Assembly (NCBI GenBank): GCA_965645245.1
Contig: OZ287076.1
Coordinates: forward strand, 682,001 to 746,000
Source: Massalongia carnosa
Lineage: Eukaryota
DNA length: 64,000 nt
Direction: 5' to 3'
A program made the position numbers and the translations under genes. Positions 23,801-36,764 of the stretch are shown one piece after another (the first letter of the stretch is position 1; each line of letters begins with the position of its first letter). The notes under the pieces were generated by a model. That model saw only the letters and a list, made by a program, of their open reading frames with translations, was not told the DNA's origin and made no database searches.

Positions 23801-24316
23801 GTTATATTTACTGATGAAACTTTTTCACCCCCTCACGTGACCGAAAAATGGGTCAGGCAGGGAGCTGTTTCTATGGCGTATCGTACGTTGTTGTAGCTAT
23901 CTACTGTGTACATACCCCAGTTGCTCGTAGTCTTGCGTCGGAAGGCAACACGGGATATGCTTCCTGCGCAGGTTGGTACGGATTTGATAGGGATCTATCG
24001 AGATATAAAACCGGCCTGGAGCCCTATATACAAAATATGATTATTCGTAAACTACTCATATACCTAGATACCTAATTCTCTCCAAGCTGCGCAGCCGTTT
24101 CGGAACGCTCATATTGTTTGAAGAGCAATGCAGCTCTATGCAGCATCCAGCTCATTTCGCATTCTCCCTTCTTCCTCTCTCATAAGTAGTATGTTCCATC
24201 AACCCTCCGCACCTTAATCCAAAACATCTCGAAAGGGGTATCCACAAAGCCTCACGACCATTGCTTCTTCCACGGGGGCCTCATCGTCGGCAAACGGTGT
24301 ACCTTATAAGCATCGG

Positions 24317-25864
24317 CTATTCCTCGGCAGGCCGATTCTTCTTTGCAAGCTTTGCAGATTTCTTCTCCTCTTTGACACCCTTTTTTTCCGCCTTCCGCTC
24401 CTCTTTCAATTCGACTCCACGTTCTATGTCCTTCAGCACCGCTTCCGCATCTGGTGGGATGCCCTCGACGGCTTTCACCTTCTTCGCCTCTTGGAATGTC
24501 ATAAAGCCGCCTAAGCCGGCGACGATACATGCCAACGCGATAAAGAGGCCTGTCGCCCATGAGGGGCGGTTGAATCGATTGTAGCCCCACATGAACCCGC
24601 AAAGCACGATTTGTAGGAACGTGTTGAGCACCATTGCCCAGATCACATAATCGAGTTTCCACAACTTCGTGGCCGGCGCGCGGATGCCCGTGAGCGGGCC
24701 AGAAGGGATCTTCGAGGCTGGGATAGGAAGAGCGGGATGGTTGGCATCCTCGGGCAAGTAGGACGCCTCTTTGAGCAGAACAGGCAATTCAGTGCTCCCG
24801 GGGAGTCTGAACCAGCCATTGTGAATGCCACCTAGTTTTCGGAGAGCGGATTGGTCGTGCAGAAGGCGATATCGCAGGAGATAGTAGAGGTCGCGAAAGC
24901 GCCAGGGGATGAGGCCCAGACCAGTGACGCAGAAGAGCGCGTTGAGGATCTGAGAGTCGATCTCAAGCCAGATGCGTCGAGGGGAATACAAGTCCTGGCA
25001 GTTTTTGACCCCATGAAGACGTTCGGGATAGCACATATATTGATTGCCGCCGCCGATAAGTAGCAGGAAGAGCATACCTCCCCAGGCGACGACGTTGAGA
25101 CAGTAGACAACCACGAGGAAGCCGACGGGCGTGATGGCGTACCTGTAGAAGCCTTTGAAGCCTATCGTGAGAGCTTCTTTTCGCGTATGCTTTGGAGGGA
25201 ATTTGTAGCCGTTAGGATATACACCGTCGGCATCAGGGCCCTGGTTCAGGGATGGTGTAGAGGAAGATATCGCTGGGTCTGTTGTAACGGTTGTTGGTTT
25301 TTCGGTGGCTTTGGCAGCAACAGCAGCCACTGGTGGCCTCTGAAACTTTCGGGGAAGCGGTGCGTCGTCTTCTGGCGCCACGTCTGTGTCGTCATCCAAG
25401 TCTTGCGTTTGGCGAGCAGACCTTAGAGTGAAGACCTGGTTGGGGATTTCACCACGACCGGAGAAATTCGAGAATACATCGGTTTCGTCTTCCGTCTCAG
25501 GGTGCGTCCCCAGCGCACTCGGGTTTCCCAGTGCTGAGGGCGATGCGTTATCCGCTGCCCTTGTTAACGTTCTCGTACTCTCATCACTGACGATGCTGTT
25601 CCTGCGCTGGATATCAGCGTCCCATCCATTGTGCGAGAAGCTGCCTCGGCGAATATCCCCATGCGTGGGTGCTTTTCCTAGGGCTTCGCCGGCTGCGTGC
25701 CAAGCACCGAGGGGAAGACCGGATTCAAAAAACCTCACCGATGCGCTGCGCAAGCGACCCGAGGTCCCTGATGAGGTTCGAGACATTGCTGGCCGAGCAT
25801 CTGTTGTATTGGAATTAGGAGAGGGTAAGGGTGAATTGGATGGATTTGAGTGACGGCCTTCCAT
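24317..25864 (-). CDS. DUF2985-family membrane protein
   Basis: GFLVVVYCLNVVAWGGMLFLLL...RRIWLEIDSQILNALFCVTGLGLIPWRFRDLY and FNRPSWATGLF; disordered N-terminus. First ATG at 25864 (the ORF track starts at GTG). Confidence 0.8.
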   Translation of the reverse strand: MEGRHSNPSNSPLPSPNSNTTDARPAMSRTSSGTSGRLRSASVRFFESGLPLGAWHAAGEALGKAPTHGDIRRGSFSHNGWDADIQRRNSIVSDESTRTLTRAADNASPSALGNPSALGTHPETEDETDVFSNFSGRGEIPNQVFTLRSARQTQDLDDDTDVAPEDDAPLPRKFQRPPVAAVAAKATEKPTTVTTDPAISSSTPSLNQGPDADGVYPNGYKFPPKHTRKEALTIGFKGFYRYAITPVGFLVVVYCLNVVAWGGMLFLLLIGGGNQYMCYPERLHGVKNCQDLYSPRRIWLEIDSQILNALFCVTGLGLIPWRFRDLYYLLRYRLLHDQSALRKLGGIHNGWFRLPGSTELPVLLKEASYLPEDANHPALPIPASKIPSGPLTGIRAPATKLWKLDYVIWAMVLNTFLQIVLCGFMWGYNRFNRPSWATGLFIALACIVAGLGGFMTFQEAKKVKAVEGIPPDAEAVLKDIERGVELKEERKAEKKGVKEEKKSAKLAKKNRPAEE

Positions 25865-27528
25865 TATTGAAAAAATGTTGTCCACCCACCCCTAGGCCCG
25901 GAAGCCTCGGAGGGAAACGCGGGCTGGTTATTTTGTTAGCTTGCAGACTAGAAGAAGAACAATGCTCGCGCCGCTTCTGGATTGGCTGAGGTCAGATCTT
26001 CAGTTGTCTACCACATATGATGCTTTGAGTAAGAATATCGTGATGTCTCCCGCAAATGAGGTTTGTTTATGGGGGGCAGGAAGATTGGAATTCCAGAGTA
26101 CAGAATATTGCAGTACAACTTGGCCCAGTCAGTCCACAGGGCAAGGGTATTTAGGGCGCGTCGGTTAGCTTTGCACCTTTTGTTACCTATCCGAGCCCCT
26201 CCGTGGTAGTTTCGCCGTGACCGCCGATCACGGAAACCGCTGTTTTGAAACCCCGACCCTCTAACCGCTTTCGAATTATCCATTGGCCGCCCATACTCCC
26301 ATGACGTATGTAGTGTTGGATTTACGTGTCACAATGTGTATGAAATCAATTCAGAATAGGTATATCATAACCCACTTATTCTCTTTCTAGTAGCGCGTAA
26401 AGCAAAGTACAGCCTATATACGAACTCTTTCGAAACAACACAAAGGCTTACTCTCACTTTGGTGTTGCAATTAGATCAACAATAAATACAGGTATGACTT
26501 GCGAAGTACAAGTACGGAGTACTCCGTATGGAAAATGATAATTAACGCCCCTCGGAATCTGTACGTTGCATCCTCTTAGCAAGAAAGGGCGGATCCAAAC
26601 CCGCCTGAAACTTCCGCCCTCTTCCAGCCAAGAACTTTGTTATGACTACGAACTAGAGACGAACAGCCTTGGAAAGCGAAAAGGCACGTACGTATATGAG
26701 CAGTCCAGTCGGAGAAACAGAAGAGATGCTGCGCCACTAACGCAAAGACTAAAAGCTTGAGGAACTCTTTTCGGGATATTGGTCCACGCATCGCTGTGGT
26801 CGGAAGGTTACTTTTCTCATGTTGGTGGTTTCTAGCTCCATAACCCTGTTTTGCATCCATACACATGACGACGGTCTTTGCCCGCATCCTGGAACGCGAA
26901 CCACCGAAAAGCATGTGGAGTCAGATTCCAATACTTAGTTGCCACGAATTACCCCTTCGCCCAAAGTAACATCTTACACTCAAGCGCCAAGTAGGCGAAA
27001 GAAACCAGGTTCACCACATCGCGTATAGCGCCGGGTGAGAATATCTACCCTGTTCAGCCTAAGTAGAAATCCATTCCTTGGCCCTCCACTCTCCCGAGTA
27101 ATTCACTTATTATTTTCTTTTGGCTCAACATGTAATTCCCAAGGCCGAGCGGGTGCGCCTGTTAAAACGAATAAGGCTGGAGTTGATTTGTATTTATTGT
27201 AGCTGTAAGGGAAGAGAATAGGGAGAGAGAGGGGAGGGGAGGGGAGGGGTAACGTTCACTTACTGCGGACCGTATTTTTGTGGCAAACTTTCCTTGAAGA
27301 GAGATTTGATGAGGAGATAGCTATTGTATCAGGAACGAGTTGTGCTGTGATGGTGAGGGATCCGGGATTAGAGCTTACCCTGGTTGAGAGTTCTGGATGA
27401 GATGCTTGTTGGGTGTTATGTAGCGTTTGCATTGATGGTCGGTCGATATGGAACCAAACCTTACGCCTTCCAACGTCTTCTCTCTTCGACAGGTTTCCAG
27501 CAGTGTAGATGCCCAACGATAAGGCCCT

Positions 27529-29267
27529 TCAAGGCGGCTTCAATTCCACCATGAAGCCATCACGCCGGCTGCTAATCTGGTACTTACCGCCAATCAAATC
27601 CTTGGCAACGATCTCTCTCGTACGGCCTAGGCTTTCAATCGCTGAGATGCGATCCAGCGTTGCCTGCAAATGCTCCTCAAATCCTTCCTCGGAGCAGATC
27701 TGGCGGAATGCGTTCTGCATTGGCACCGAGTCCGCACGCACCATGGCCTGCGCATCGATGGTAAAGATGTTAATGTGATCGTATTCCTGAATGAAGTCGG
27801 CGCGGGTCATGATCTCGCGCGCTCTATGTAGCGGGATCTGCGGAAGCAAGTGGCCAAGCTCTTCGTGATAGCTGCTTCCCTCGATGGCGTTTTCTTGGTC
27901 GACGAGCGCTTTGGCAAGCACCATGGCCGCTGACGCATACTTTTGCTGATCCATCACATCGTCGTCCATCTCCTCGCCAAGGATCCAGCATTTGTTCAGG
28001 AACCACTTTTTCTCCACCTGGCAGATTTCATCACACACCTTAAGCATGTCTGGGGATTTAGCGACGCGGTTCAGATAAGAAAGGCGGCCACCGACTTTAT
28101 CGTACACTTCTTTAAGGATCTTGGGATCAGGTTCTTCTTTATAGTAACGGCTGCGGTATTGCGTTAGAGCCGCAATGGCTTGATCTTTGGGCAAGTCCAG
28201 CACTGGGAGGATCTCCATTCGGGTGGCATATTGCTTCAGCCGCTCATAGACCCAGTAGTCGTCACTGTTAAACACGACTGTCACGAGGTTACTTGCGGCC
28301 CACTGTTCGGCTCGTTGTTGAATAAGTTCTAGCAAATCTCGACCATCCTCATCATCCCTCAAAAGGTGAGTGCTGTTGATGATGAGAACAAGAGGTCGCC
28401 CAATAGCTTTTCGTCGTTTCAAGGCTATCTTTTCGAGCTTATTGAACGCTCTTTCGATATCTAAAAGCGCTGTTGTGTCTCGTGGTCCCCTGATGCTGAA
28501 TAGACTCCCAATGTAGTCTTCATGAAACTCAAAATCAAGCGCCTTCCCGAGCCTTATGCGAAAGATTTCTAGGTCTGCATGGGCTTCGAACATGGAGATG
28601 CCCTCGCCCGCAACCTTTTGCATCGCATCTAGCAGCATCGATGATTTGCCTGTGCCCTTTTCACCAATCAGCAGATGATAATGGCCTCGATCAGAGCCAT
28701 TGATGATTCCGTCGATTTTTTGCTGCTCTAGCCGTGGGATCCAGTGTTGGTGATTTTCTTCCACAATATTCGCCGGAGGTCCGTTGTTCATTGCAGCTAA
28801 CTCAAGCACAGGATCCCCAGGGGTAAATGCATTTGCCATTTTCCGAAGGACTAAATATTTGTAATATCGATGATAGCCGTACCCGGCCATGCTGTGCCCG
28901 CGTATCAGCGACTCCGAAATAGCTTGAGTTTACGGAATCCTTACCCAAGTACCATAATTGACATGAAGGTCGTGGCAGCGCTCTCAAACATTTTTAACAG
29001 CGTGGGATTCCAATTGAAGGGTTTTCTGCCTTCTCCGGACTTGGGAGTTTTTTCATTTTCCTTCTCGTCTTCTCTTTCATCATTTAGGGGTCCTATCTGA
29101 CTTGGCAGGGATGGTCCACCGAGACTTCCAGCATAGCGCTTGCAACGGTATTCTCTGTATCGAGAAGGCTGTGACCAGCATGGCCGGCGATTGAGTGATG
29201 AGTGATGCCTTAACGGACTAAGACAGAAGCGGACGGTAACTTGCGCTTGAAGATATCGACACGACAT
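27529..29267 (-). CDS. Conserved fungal P-loop/AAA-like ATPase with probable mitochondrial presequence and one TM helix
   Basis: Walker A LLIGEKGTGKSS; R/S-rich N-terminus. Intron 28892-28944 joins ORFs 28941 and 27529 (MVLG/MAGYGYH). Confidence 0.85.
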
Positions 29268-29756
29268 TCCTTGAATTAAGTCACCGCAGCTGATGTAGTT
29301 CATTGAAGGTAACTATGGAAAGCAAAAAGCAACCAATGTTGGAAGAGGTAAGCTGAAAAACACGTGGGAGCCTTTATTGAAATAACAACTCGATCTTTGT
29401 GGCTTGGAAAAATTGGAGGGTTTAACCAAATCCCTCTACATTCCAATAATGATGGAAAATTTTGTATAGAATAGTGATTTTTCCATTGTGCAAGAGACCA
29501 GACACACAGCCAACCAAAATAATAAAACAGATCAACTCATTCCTATTTCATTGTTCTTTCTTAGTCGTCGCAAAAGAAGCGGAATTTGGGTTGCTGGAAG
29601 CTGTGAAAGAGTCAGCCAATCAGATCCTTCTCCACTCACGTCATCAACAAACCGGAAAACCGACAAAAGCGGCCCCGCGAGCGCGTTCCTGTTGTTGCGT
29701 TTATACTGCGCGCAAGACGCTTCCGCACCATCCTTCATTCATTGAATATCAGCGAA

Positions 29757-30830
29757 ATGGCGAGAAGAAAACAGACGCCCGTGATTGATTCCTCACCGAC
29801 CGCGCCGGAGCTTCCCTCGAAACCTTTGCATACCTCGACCAGCCAGACGTGGTTCCACTTTCCGTTGCTTGTGGTCATCAGCCTGACGCTGTCCTCAACA
29901 TTCTATTCCTTGGCTTCAAACTTCACCGCAGGCGATCTCTCTAGTGTAAGCCGGAGCTTGGATGAATGGTGGAAAGTGTTGGGGCTGCTGGGATGGAAAT
30001 CCGCTGAGCTGGCGGTTGGGTGGTGGTGTGAATATGACAGTATGAGCTTCAAACAATCCATGGAGCCCCTTTTCCCGAAAGACTGACCTAGCTGTTCAGG
30101 CGTGGATCTTGCATCTCTTACGCTGCTGTCGCATCTACCGCACCTCTATCTCCTCACGACCTTCTACGGCATCCGCCCTACAACCATGATTAGCTGCCTG
30201 ACAATCGATATCCTAACAACTTACATTCCATTCAAGCTTCTACGCGACCTCTCCGCGACCCACCGCGCCGAAGCCCCCAAAGGTTCCGTCTCTAACCGCT
30301 CCGTGATCAACGATCTCTCCGTGCGCATCTACACGACCCTGCTGGCAGCCGGCATTTACGGCGTGGTGGTGTTCGGCAGTTTTGGTACCTGGCTTCCCGT
30401 CTACCTAGTCGTCCACTTCGATGGCCTCAAAGACATATCCGCCGCCCACAGCGCCGCGCTGCCTTTCCTCATCATCTCCTTCCTCCCCATCGGCTACGCC
30501 GCGCGCGAGTTCATGTTCACACCCGCGACGGGTGCAAAGCCCGACGCGCACGATCGCCAAATGGCCGCTTTTAATCCGGTGACGGCAACGCTCGGGGAGA
30601 CGGTGATATACAACGTTTGGGGGCATTCGAAGCGCACGCGCACTCTCATCCAGAGAACTACGATTCTGGCGCTCATAACGGGCTTGCACACCTGGCTGCA
30701 AACGTACGTTGCCATTGAAGGTGTGGAGGGCTACGGCGCGGCGGGCTGGTCGGGGGTGTGGGCTCTTGCGGCAGTGGTAACGGGTGCAGCGTTCTGGTGG
30801 GTTGCAGACGTAGAGGGCGTGTCAAATTGA
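29757..30830 (+). CDS. Conserved hypothetical multi-pass membrane protein
   Basis: ATG 29757; intron 30040-30099 (GTATGA..CTGAC..CAG) joins two ORFs in frame (YDS/VDLASL); several hydrophobic helices. Confidence 0.8.
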
Positions 30831-31093
30831 AGAGAGAAAAGCAACGAATAGAAGAGAGTAGAAGATGTACATGGATGGATGGATGGACGAACGAAATATT
30901 TTCATTTTCAGCAGAGACGGCGTTTCACCCAACAGGAAATTTCTCGCGTTTCTCAATCTTTCCATGGAAAAAACCGTATACACCTACCTGGCCATTTGCG
31001 CCTCATCTAATCATCGTGGCCTCCTCTTGGCGTGCCAGTTGCCCAATACCCATCCCATTCCCTCCACAACTCGTGAACCCTCCCCCCCCAACT

Positions 31094-31738
31094 CTAGTTC
31101 TGCCTCGGCTTCACCACTCCCTCCAACACCACATAATACACCACCGTACTATCATCGCCCACAACCGCCAACAGCACCCTCTTCTCCCTTTTCCATTTCC
31201 CCTTCCTCCGTGCCCCTCCTTTCCCCATCCCCTTCACCCAATCTTCCTCTCCCGCTCCCTCTCTCGCAGCTTCTTCATTCTCTGCTCCCTCCCTCCCCTC
31301 CCTTTTCTCCCCCTCACCCGCATTAGACACAAATAGAGTCCCAGAAGAAGATGAAGAAGAGAGCGGTGGCGGACCAGGCAACCAGTCGAACACGGCTGCT
31401 AGCCCCCTCAGCGTCCAGCGTTCCCGGATATGGGTCGGCAGCACCCATTCCCCGCCCTTGTCTCCGTCTCCCTCTCCTTCTCCCTTCTTCTCGTCACTGC
31501 TGTCGTCGTCCGGGTGGGTGTAGATTCTCTGCGGGGGCCTACCGGAAAGGAGGGGGCGCGGCGGCGGCGGCTGGGAGGACGAGATTGGAGGATGAGGGGA
31601 GGGGCCTGGGGCGGAGAGGGAGGGGGGGTGGATGTGGAGATTGGTCCAGTCGTGTTGATGACGCAGGTTGTGCTGGACTTGGGTAGCGAGGGCAAGGTGG
31701 TGGGTTGTTGGGGGAGGGGAGGTGGCCGTTGGGGCCAT
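31094..31738 (-). CDS. SEN15: tRNA-splicing endonuclease subunit Sen15
   Basis: QVQHNLRHQHDWT, RPLLSGRPPQRIYTHPD, EWVLPTHIRERWTL, KRVLLAVVGDDSTVVYYVVLEGVVKPRQN. First ATG 31738. Confidence 0.9.
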   Translation of the reverse strand: MAPTATSPPPTTHHLALATQVQHNLRHQHDWTNLHIHPPSLSAPGPSPHPPISSSQPPPPRPLLSGRPPQRIYTHPDDDSSDEKKGEGEGDGDKGGEWVLPTHIRERWTLRGLAAVFDWLPGPPPLSSSSSSGTLFVSNAGEGEKREGREGAENEEAAREGAGEEDWVKGMGKGGARRKGKWKREKRVLLAVVGDDSTVVYYVVLEGVVKPRQN

Positions 31739-32614
31739 TTTCCCCGATGGCCTTGAGAAAAGTGGGGAGGACACGAAAGATTTATATTTTTAAGCGGAGG
31801 GGAAGGGGGGTTTGGCTAGTATGGTGTCTAGTGCTAAAATGCTATGTATCCAAGCTCGGACTATGTATTAATGAGATCCTTCCTCATTTCACTTCTCAGC
31901 GAGCGATACCTATCTCTCAAGGCATAGTAAACTAATGGAATTCAAAACCTCCCTTTACCCACTTTGCCTATTCCTTATTTTCATTCAACGTTAGGCTCCG
32001 ATCCTTAACTGGATCCTTTCTCGTCCTGGCTTTAGGTTGGTAAAGACGGTTATATGAGGATACGCTGACTAGGATTGATATAGCAGGCGAAGAAATGTTT
32101 CGATTGGAGCAATGCTGGTGCTGGCTAGAACCGTATTACCCCTCAAAAACATTCTCGTCGAACTTGCGGATCAGATGACACACGTAGAGCAATCCATTAG
32201 ACAGTCTCCCTTCGTATAAGTATTTCACTTCATTCATCCCCCAGCCATGTGCATACCCCTTCAAAGACTTTACATGGTAAAAGTCTTTCCCCTTGGGCTT
32301 CCTTCTTCCTGGTGCTTAGGGGTATGTAAGGATCGATGCATCGAGCTCTTTCAACCCCAGCAGGTTTGAATCAGCCTCAATATGATTCACATCAGAATAC
32401 CCTGATCATGCTCTGAATCCTGCACCGCACCATGTCTTTCCCTGGTGGCCTGGAGTTTCAGCCCAATGACGGGATAGTAGAGGTGGTTTTAAGGACATAT
32501 TGGAGATATTGTAGAGGAGACACTACGAAGGGTTGCATAAAGACACTAGCGGGTTTAAAGTATTGATGGGTGGCTGAAGGATTGTTGGGGGAAATGTGGT
32601 TAGAGAGGGGGGTT

Positions 32615-35018
32615 TTATTCCTGGGTTCCAAAAATATATTTCCTGCAAGCCTGGATAAAAGATTCCGGTTAGCATTTTTTAAGTTCACTTCGTCACCAAT
32701 GGAAGAGAAGAATCCCTTCACTCACTGCTTTCAAAACGTCAACCCTTGCCTGGGACTTCATAAACACTTCCTGATACAGCTCTAGAATCTCGCCCAAGAA
32801 TTCCGCCCGCGACTTGGTTCCCGCGCAAACGGCTCGCATCTTCAGCTCCATCTCCTTGCGTAGAAACGGCTTGCCCAGGCTCGTAGCCAGTCCCATGTTG
32901 TCGTAGCCCTCGATCAGCGCAACCCCTAGCGTCGTCGGGATAAATACCTGCACCCCATTACCTCTTCCGCCCGCATTACCTGCGTTGCCGTCACCTCGTC
33001 CTCCTCCGCGTCCTCCTCCGCGTCCTCCTCCGCGGCCTCTCCCACCTCGGCCACGAGTCCCGCCGTGATCATTGGTGTTAGGAACGCCACCACCACCACG
33101 AGACTGCGTATGGACGTAGTCGCGCTCTTTGATCTTGGCAATGTGCTCGGCCATAGTAGCGTCGGTGCCGATGCCGTTCGCGTCCATCAAGCTGATAAGT
33201 TCCGGCTCCGTCAGGTATCCCGGCGCCGAAGTCTCGCCATCGGTGATGTTAGCACTGGTAGGCTCAAAGGTTTCGCCAAGCACAAATGGCGGCAGCGGCT
33301 GGCTGCTTTCCCATCTTTCATAAGGGTATACGTCAAGATAGTTGCGCTCGAGGACAAGCAGGCCGGATGCGTAGAAGACCTCGTCGCCGTAGGAGAGCTC
33401 TATAGTAGTGAGCTCGCCTTTGGCATCGTCAGAGCAACAGGCTAGAAAACGGCGGGTGACGAATTCATAGACACGGCGCTCGTCATCTGAAAGGGTGGCA
33501 GGTACTACATAGTTTACTGGATGGATGGGAGGGTGCGCTTGGTCATTATTACGGCCTGCGCGGGGATCCTTGAAGGCACCATTTAAAAGTCTAGGGGGGA
33601 TTAGCAGTGACTAAGGGTTCAATATAAGATGGGGCTGGTTTTACGAACCCCTGTGCGTGTGGGCCCCATGTATGATCTTGTACCTGCTTCTCAACGAGTT
33701 TGCGGAGATCGATACCTTTGTCAAAGGAATCAGTTTCAGTCCGTGGGTAGCTGATCCAGCCTTTTGTGTAAAGATCTTCGGCTACCTGAAGAGGTCAGTC
33801 AAGCACGATTTGACTGCGTCCGGAACACCAATATCTACCTTCATAACCCTCTGACTGTCCATCCGCAGAAACATACTCCCTAGTTTTTGGAGCTCCACCG
33901 TTGTTAAGGGTAGAGGTCTCCATTTGCTAGTGGGTTTCTTCTGCAGCTTAGCCACTCTTGCAATGCGGGCTGTCAGACATCTTTCAAACAGAATAACGAC
34001 AGCCATGCGATCGAATAATCGATGTCGTCGCCAGGAAAAATTAACATCAATGTCATCCCGATGCTGCACAACCTTGATACTCCAAAATTTCTCAGGCACA
34101 AACTTCTTCACTCGAAAATATCTATCTACCACAAATCCAAGTGTAGGAAATTGACATGATCCTGCCAGAGCATTAGAGATTTTTTTTAATCTGAATTTCT
34201 TGCTAATACCAATACAAACCATAACTCACCACGCGGTCTTGAAGATCTCCGCCCATAGTCTGGAGTGAGAGAGTCTGGAAACGAGTAAAGATAGCACCCA
34301 GACGAAGATCAACTTCAATCCTTGCTGCTACGGCATTCACCTGTCGTTCATCAAGGCCGATGGGATTCTGCGCAGCTCTAATGACGTGGCTTGAAGATTG
34401 TAAAATCAGCCTGACAATTTAAATAAGACATAATGGGTTGGTCTTACGCCCGCTCCGTGTTGCTGAACTGGGCCCTTTTGACTTCAAGCCTCGCATTCCC
34501 CTTAAAGGCTGCCTGCCTGACTTCCGAGCCGATGTGCTCGCCTTCTCGATCACAATCTGTCCAGATGAATAGCGCTTTTGCATATTGGGCCTGTTTAGTG
34601 ATATTGTCTGCTACAGCCATTTTATCCTATACGGTAGATTAGCATTCCATTGATAACAGGCGGAATCCTTCAAACCTGATCGATTGTTTCAACGACGGGT
34701 GTATCGAATAGCTGAGCAGGACGACATGAGTGCCATTTTCGGTATTCTTGAGGAAAGTCAAGTCCATAAAGATGCCCGATGACGCTAGTCATTGTCACTG
34801 AGCAATTTCCCCATGGTGGACCAAAAGCGAAGTCGAACTCGTAGTTTTTTACATATTGGTTGCCAATAACTTGTCTCTATTATCTTTCATGAGCTCAGAT
34901 GAAGGACTCAAAAGGCATGCGACAAACGCACAACAGTTACTTGGCCCCCTCCGAGATGATTGGCAACGGATTTGGCGATCGCTGGCTTTTCAGCTACGCA
35001 GAGGATTTTATGTGCCAT
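32615..35018 (-). CDS. TOP3: DNA topoisomerase III (type IA), multi-exon
   Basis: MAHKILCVAEKPAIAK (TOPRIM), IWTDCDREGEHIG, GSCQFPTLGFVV, PLPLTTVELQK, GWISYPRTET (catalytic Tyr), AHPPIHP, MDANGIGTDAT; last exon ACRKYIFGTQE*. Confidence 0.95.
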
Positions 35019-35284
35019 ACGTTCCAGTTCTCATGAAAAGAAGTCCCTTGCTGTTGTACCCTGCCATCTTAAGCGCTTGATTATTAAGCCGGTGTGAATA
35101 ACTTCATTCTCAGCTTCCACTGTTATGGTCATCGAAATAGGGTTCCTGAGACTGTAAAATACCATTAGCTCGCTACCTGTATGAGTATTGTATTTTTAGG
35201 GCTTAGCATGGATTTCTCGACGTCATAAAGTTGGTTGGGGCTTCGAATAATCCTTTTTCCCTCAATACCCATTTCCACCCCATC

Positions 35285-36480
35285 ATGGCTCTTCCAGCTA
35301 TCAAATCTCTGGCAGACACTACAGATTTCAGCAAAACAGTCTTGCCCTACATTCCCCAGCTTTATGACTTGCCCCAGCGGATTTTTCAGTCGATTTCTGA
35401 TCCCCAAGCTCTGCAACAAATATATCTCTCTACCAATCCCCTCATCTTCGCCTTTGCGTTTTCGCTCTTTCTGTTCCCGGTCTTCTTGATTACATCAGAG
35501 ATCAATAAGAATTACTCTCAAGTCGATCGGGTCTGGAGCCTTCTACCTACAGCGTATATTGCACACTTCTGTTATTATGCTCATGCGTTGGATCTTCCCG
35601 CTCGAAGACTCGACACTCTGTTATTTTTCGGTATTCTTTGGAGTGTAAGAGCCCTTTTTTCGGTGTAGATAGTGATTGCTGAAAACATTTTAGGCTCGAT
35701 TGACTTACAATTACTGGCGAAAAGGAGGGTACAGCATTGGCTCTGAGGATTATCGTTGGAATGTACTACGAGAATACATAAGCCCTCCTCTGTTTTTTGT
35801 GTTCAATGTTCTTTTCATCTCGCTAGCTCAAAGTGTAGGGTTTTCCTTCTCCTTTTTCGAGGGTATTTGCTCAGTCTCTAGCATAGGTTCTGCTTTTTAT
35901 AGTCGCAACACCGGCATACCCTTTATTGTTAGCAGCAAAACAAACGCAAGGTTCCTATGAATTAGCCGATAAGATCTTTCCCAGAACATTGGGTGTTCTA
36001 GTGTTCCTCGCATTTTACGCGGACAACCAACAGTGGAGTAAGTATCAAGATCAGCCGGCGCTCTACGTCTCGTGCAATGCTCATTTTATACGTTTAGAGT
36101 ACCAAAGCGCGAAGAAGACCTATCAGCAAAAGGCCAAGGTTCCTGCAAATTACCACCAGATAGACCTGGATCGGGGGTTCATCGTGAGTGGCCTTTGGTC
36201 GTGGAGCCGACATCCCAATTTTGCAGCGGAGCAATCCTTCTGGGTACTTCTCTATGCTTGGGCTTGCTGGATCACTCAAACGCAATACAACTGGACAGCA
36301 GTTGGGGCGGTTAGCTATTTGATTCTCTTCCAGGCCTCGACCTGGTTCACTGAGCTCATCTCCGCCAAAAAGTATCCTGAGTACAAAGAGTACCAGCGGA
36401 GAGTCGGCAAGTTTCTACCAAGCCTTTTCAACTTAAGCAAAGCAAAACCGCGCCAGGCGATTTCAGTGATAAACGGATGA
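35285..36480 (+). CDS. DUF1295 / steroid 5-alpha-reductase-like membrane protein, multi-exon
   Basis: NYSQVDRVWSLLP, RLTYNYWRKGGYSIGSEDYRW, ADNQQW, GLWSWSRHPNFAAEQ, ELISAKKYPEYKEYQRRV across three ORF pieces separated by short introns. Confidence 0.9.
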
Positions 36481-36764
36481 CAAAAGAAGCTAGAAAACAG
36501 AGGTAGGATTGTTGGTTGCACCGCCCAGCTAATATTTAAAGTTACTTATCTCCGTTTTCAGCAATAATAGCATTTGTATATAATATTTATTGTAGTTTTT
36601 GCATTGCTTTTTTCTCGTTTGCTCAAAACGATACCAATATGATAGTACTATCAGAGCGGCCTCCGTGTTTTCTATTTTATCCTTGCAAGAAAAAAAAGAG
36701 AGGTGAAGGTGTTCTCTGCAGCCTACGCAAGAAAGAAATGACGCTATTTTATTGTCTCTAATTT

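Noticed and set aside
30758..31756. Several long ORFs antisense to or overlapping SEN15
   Set aside because: By-products of GC-rich, purine-skewed low-complexity sequence; SEN15 explains the region.
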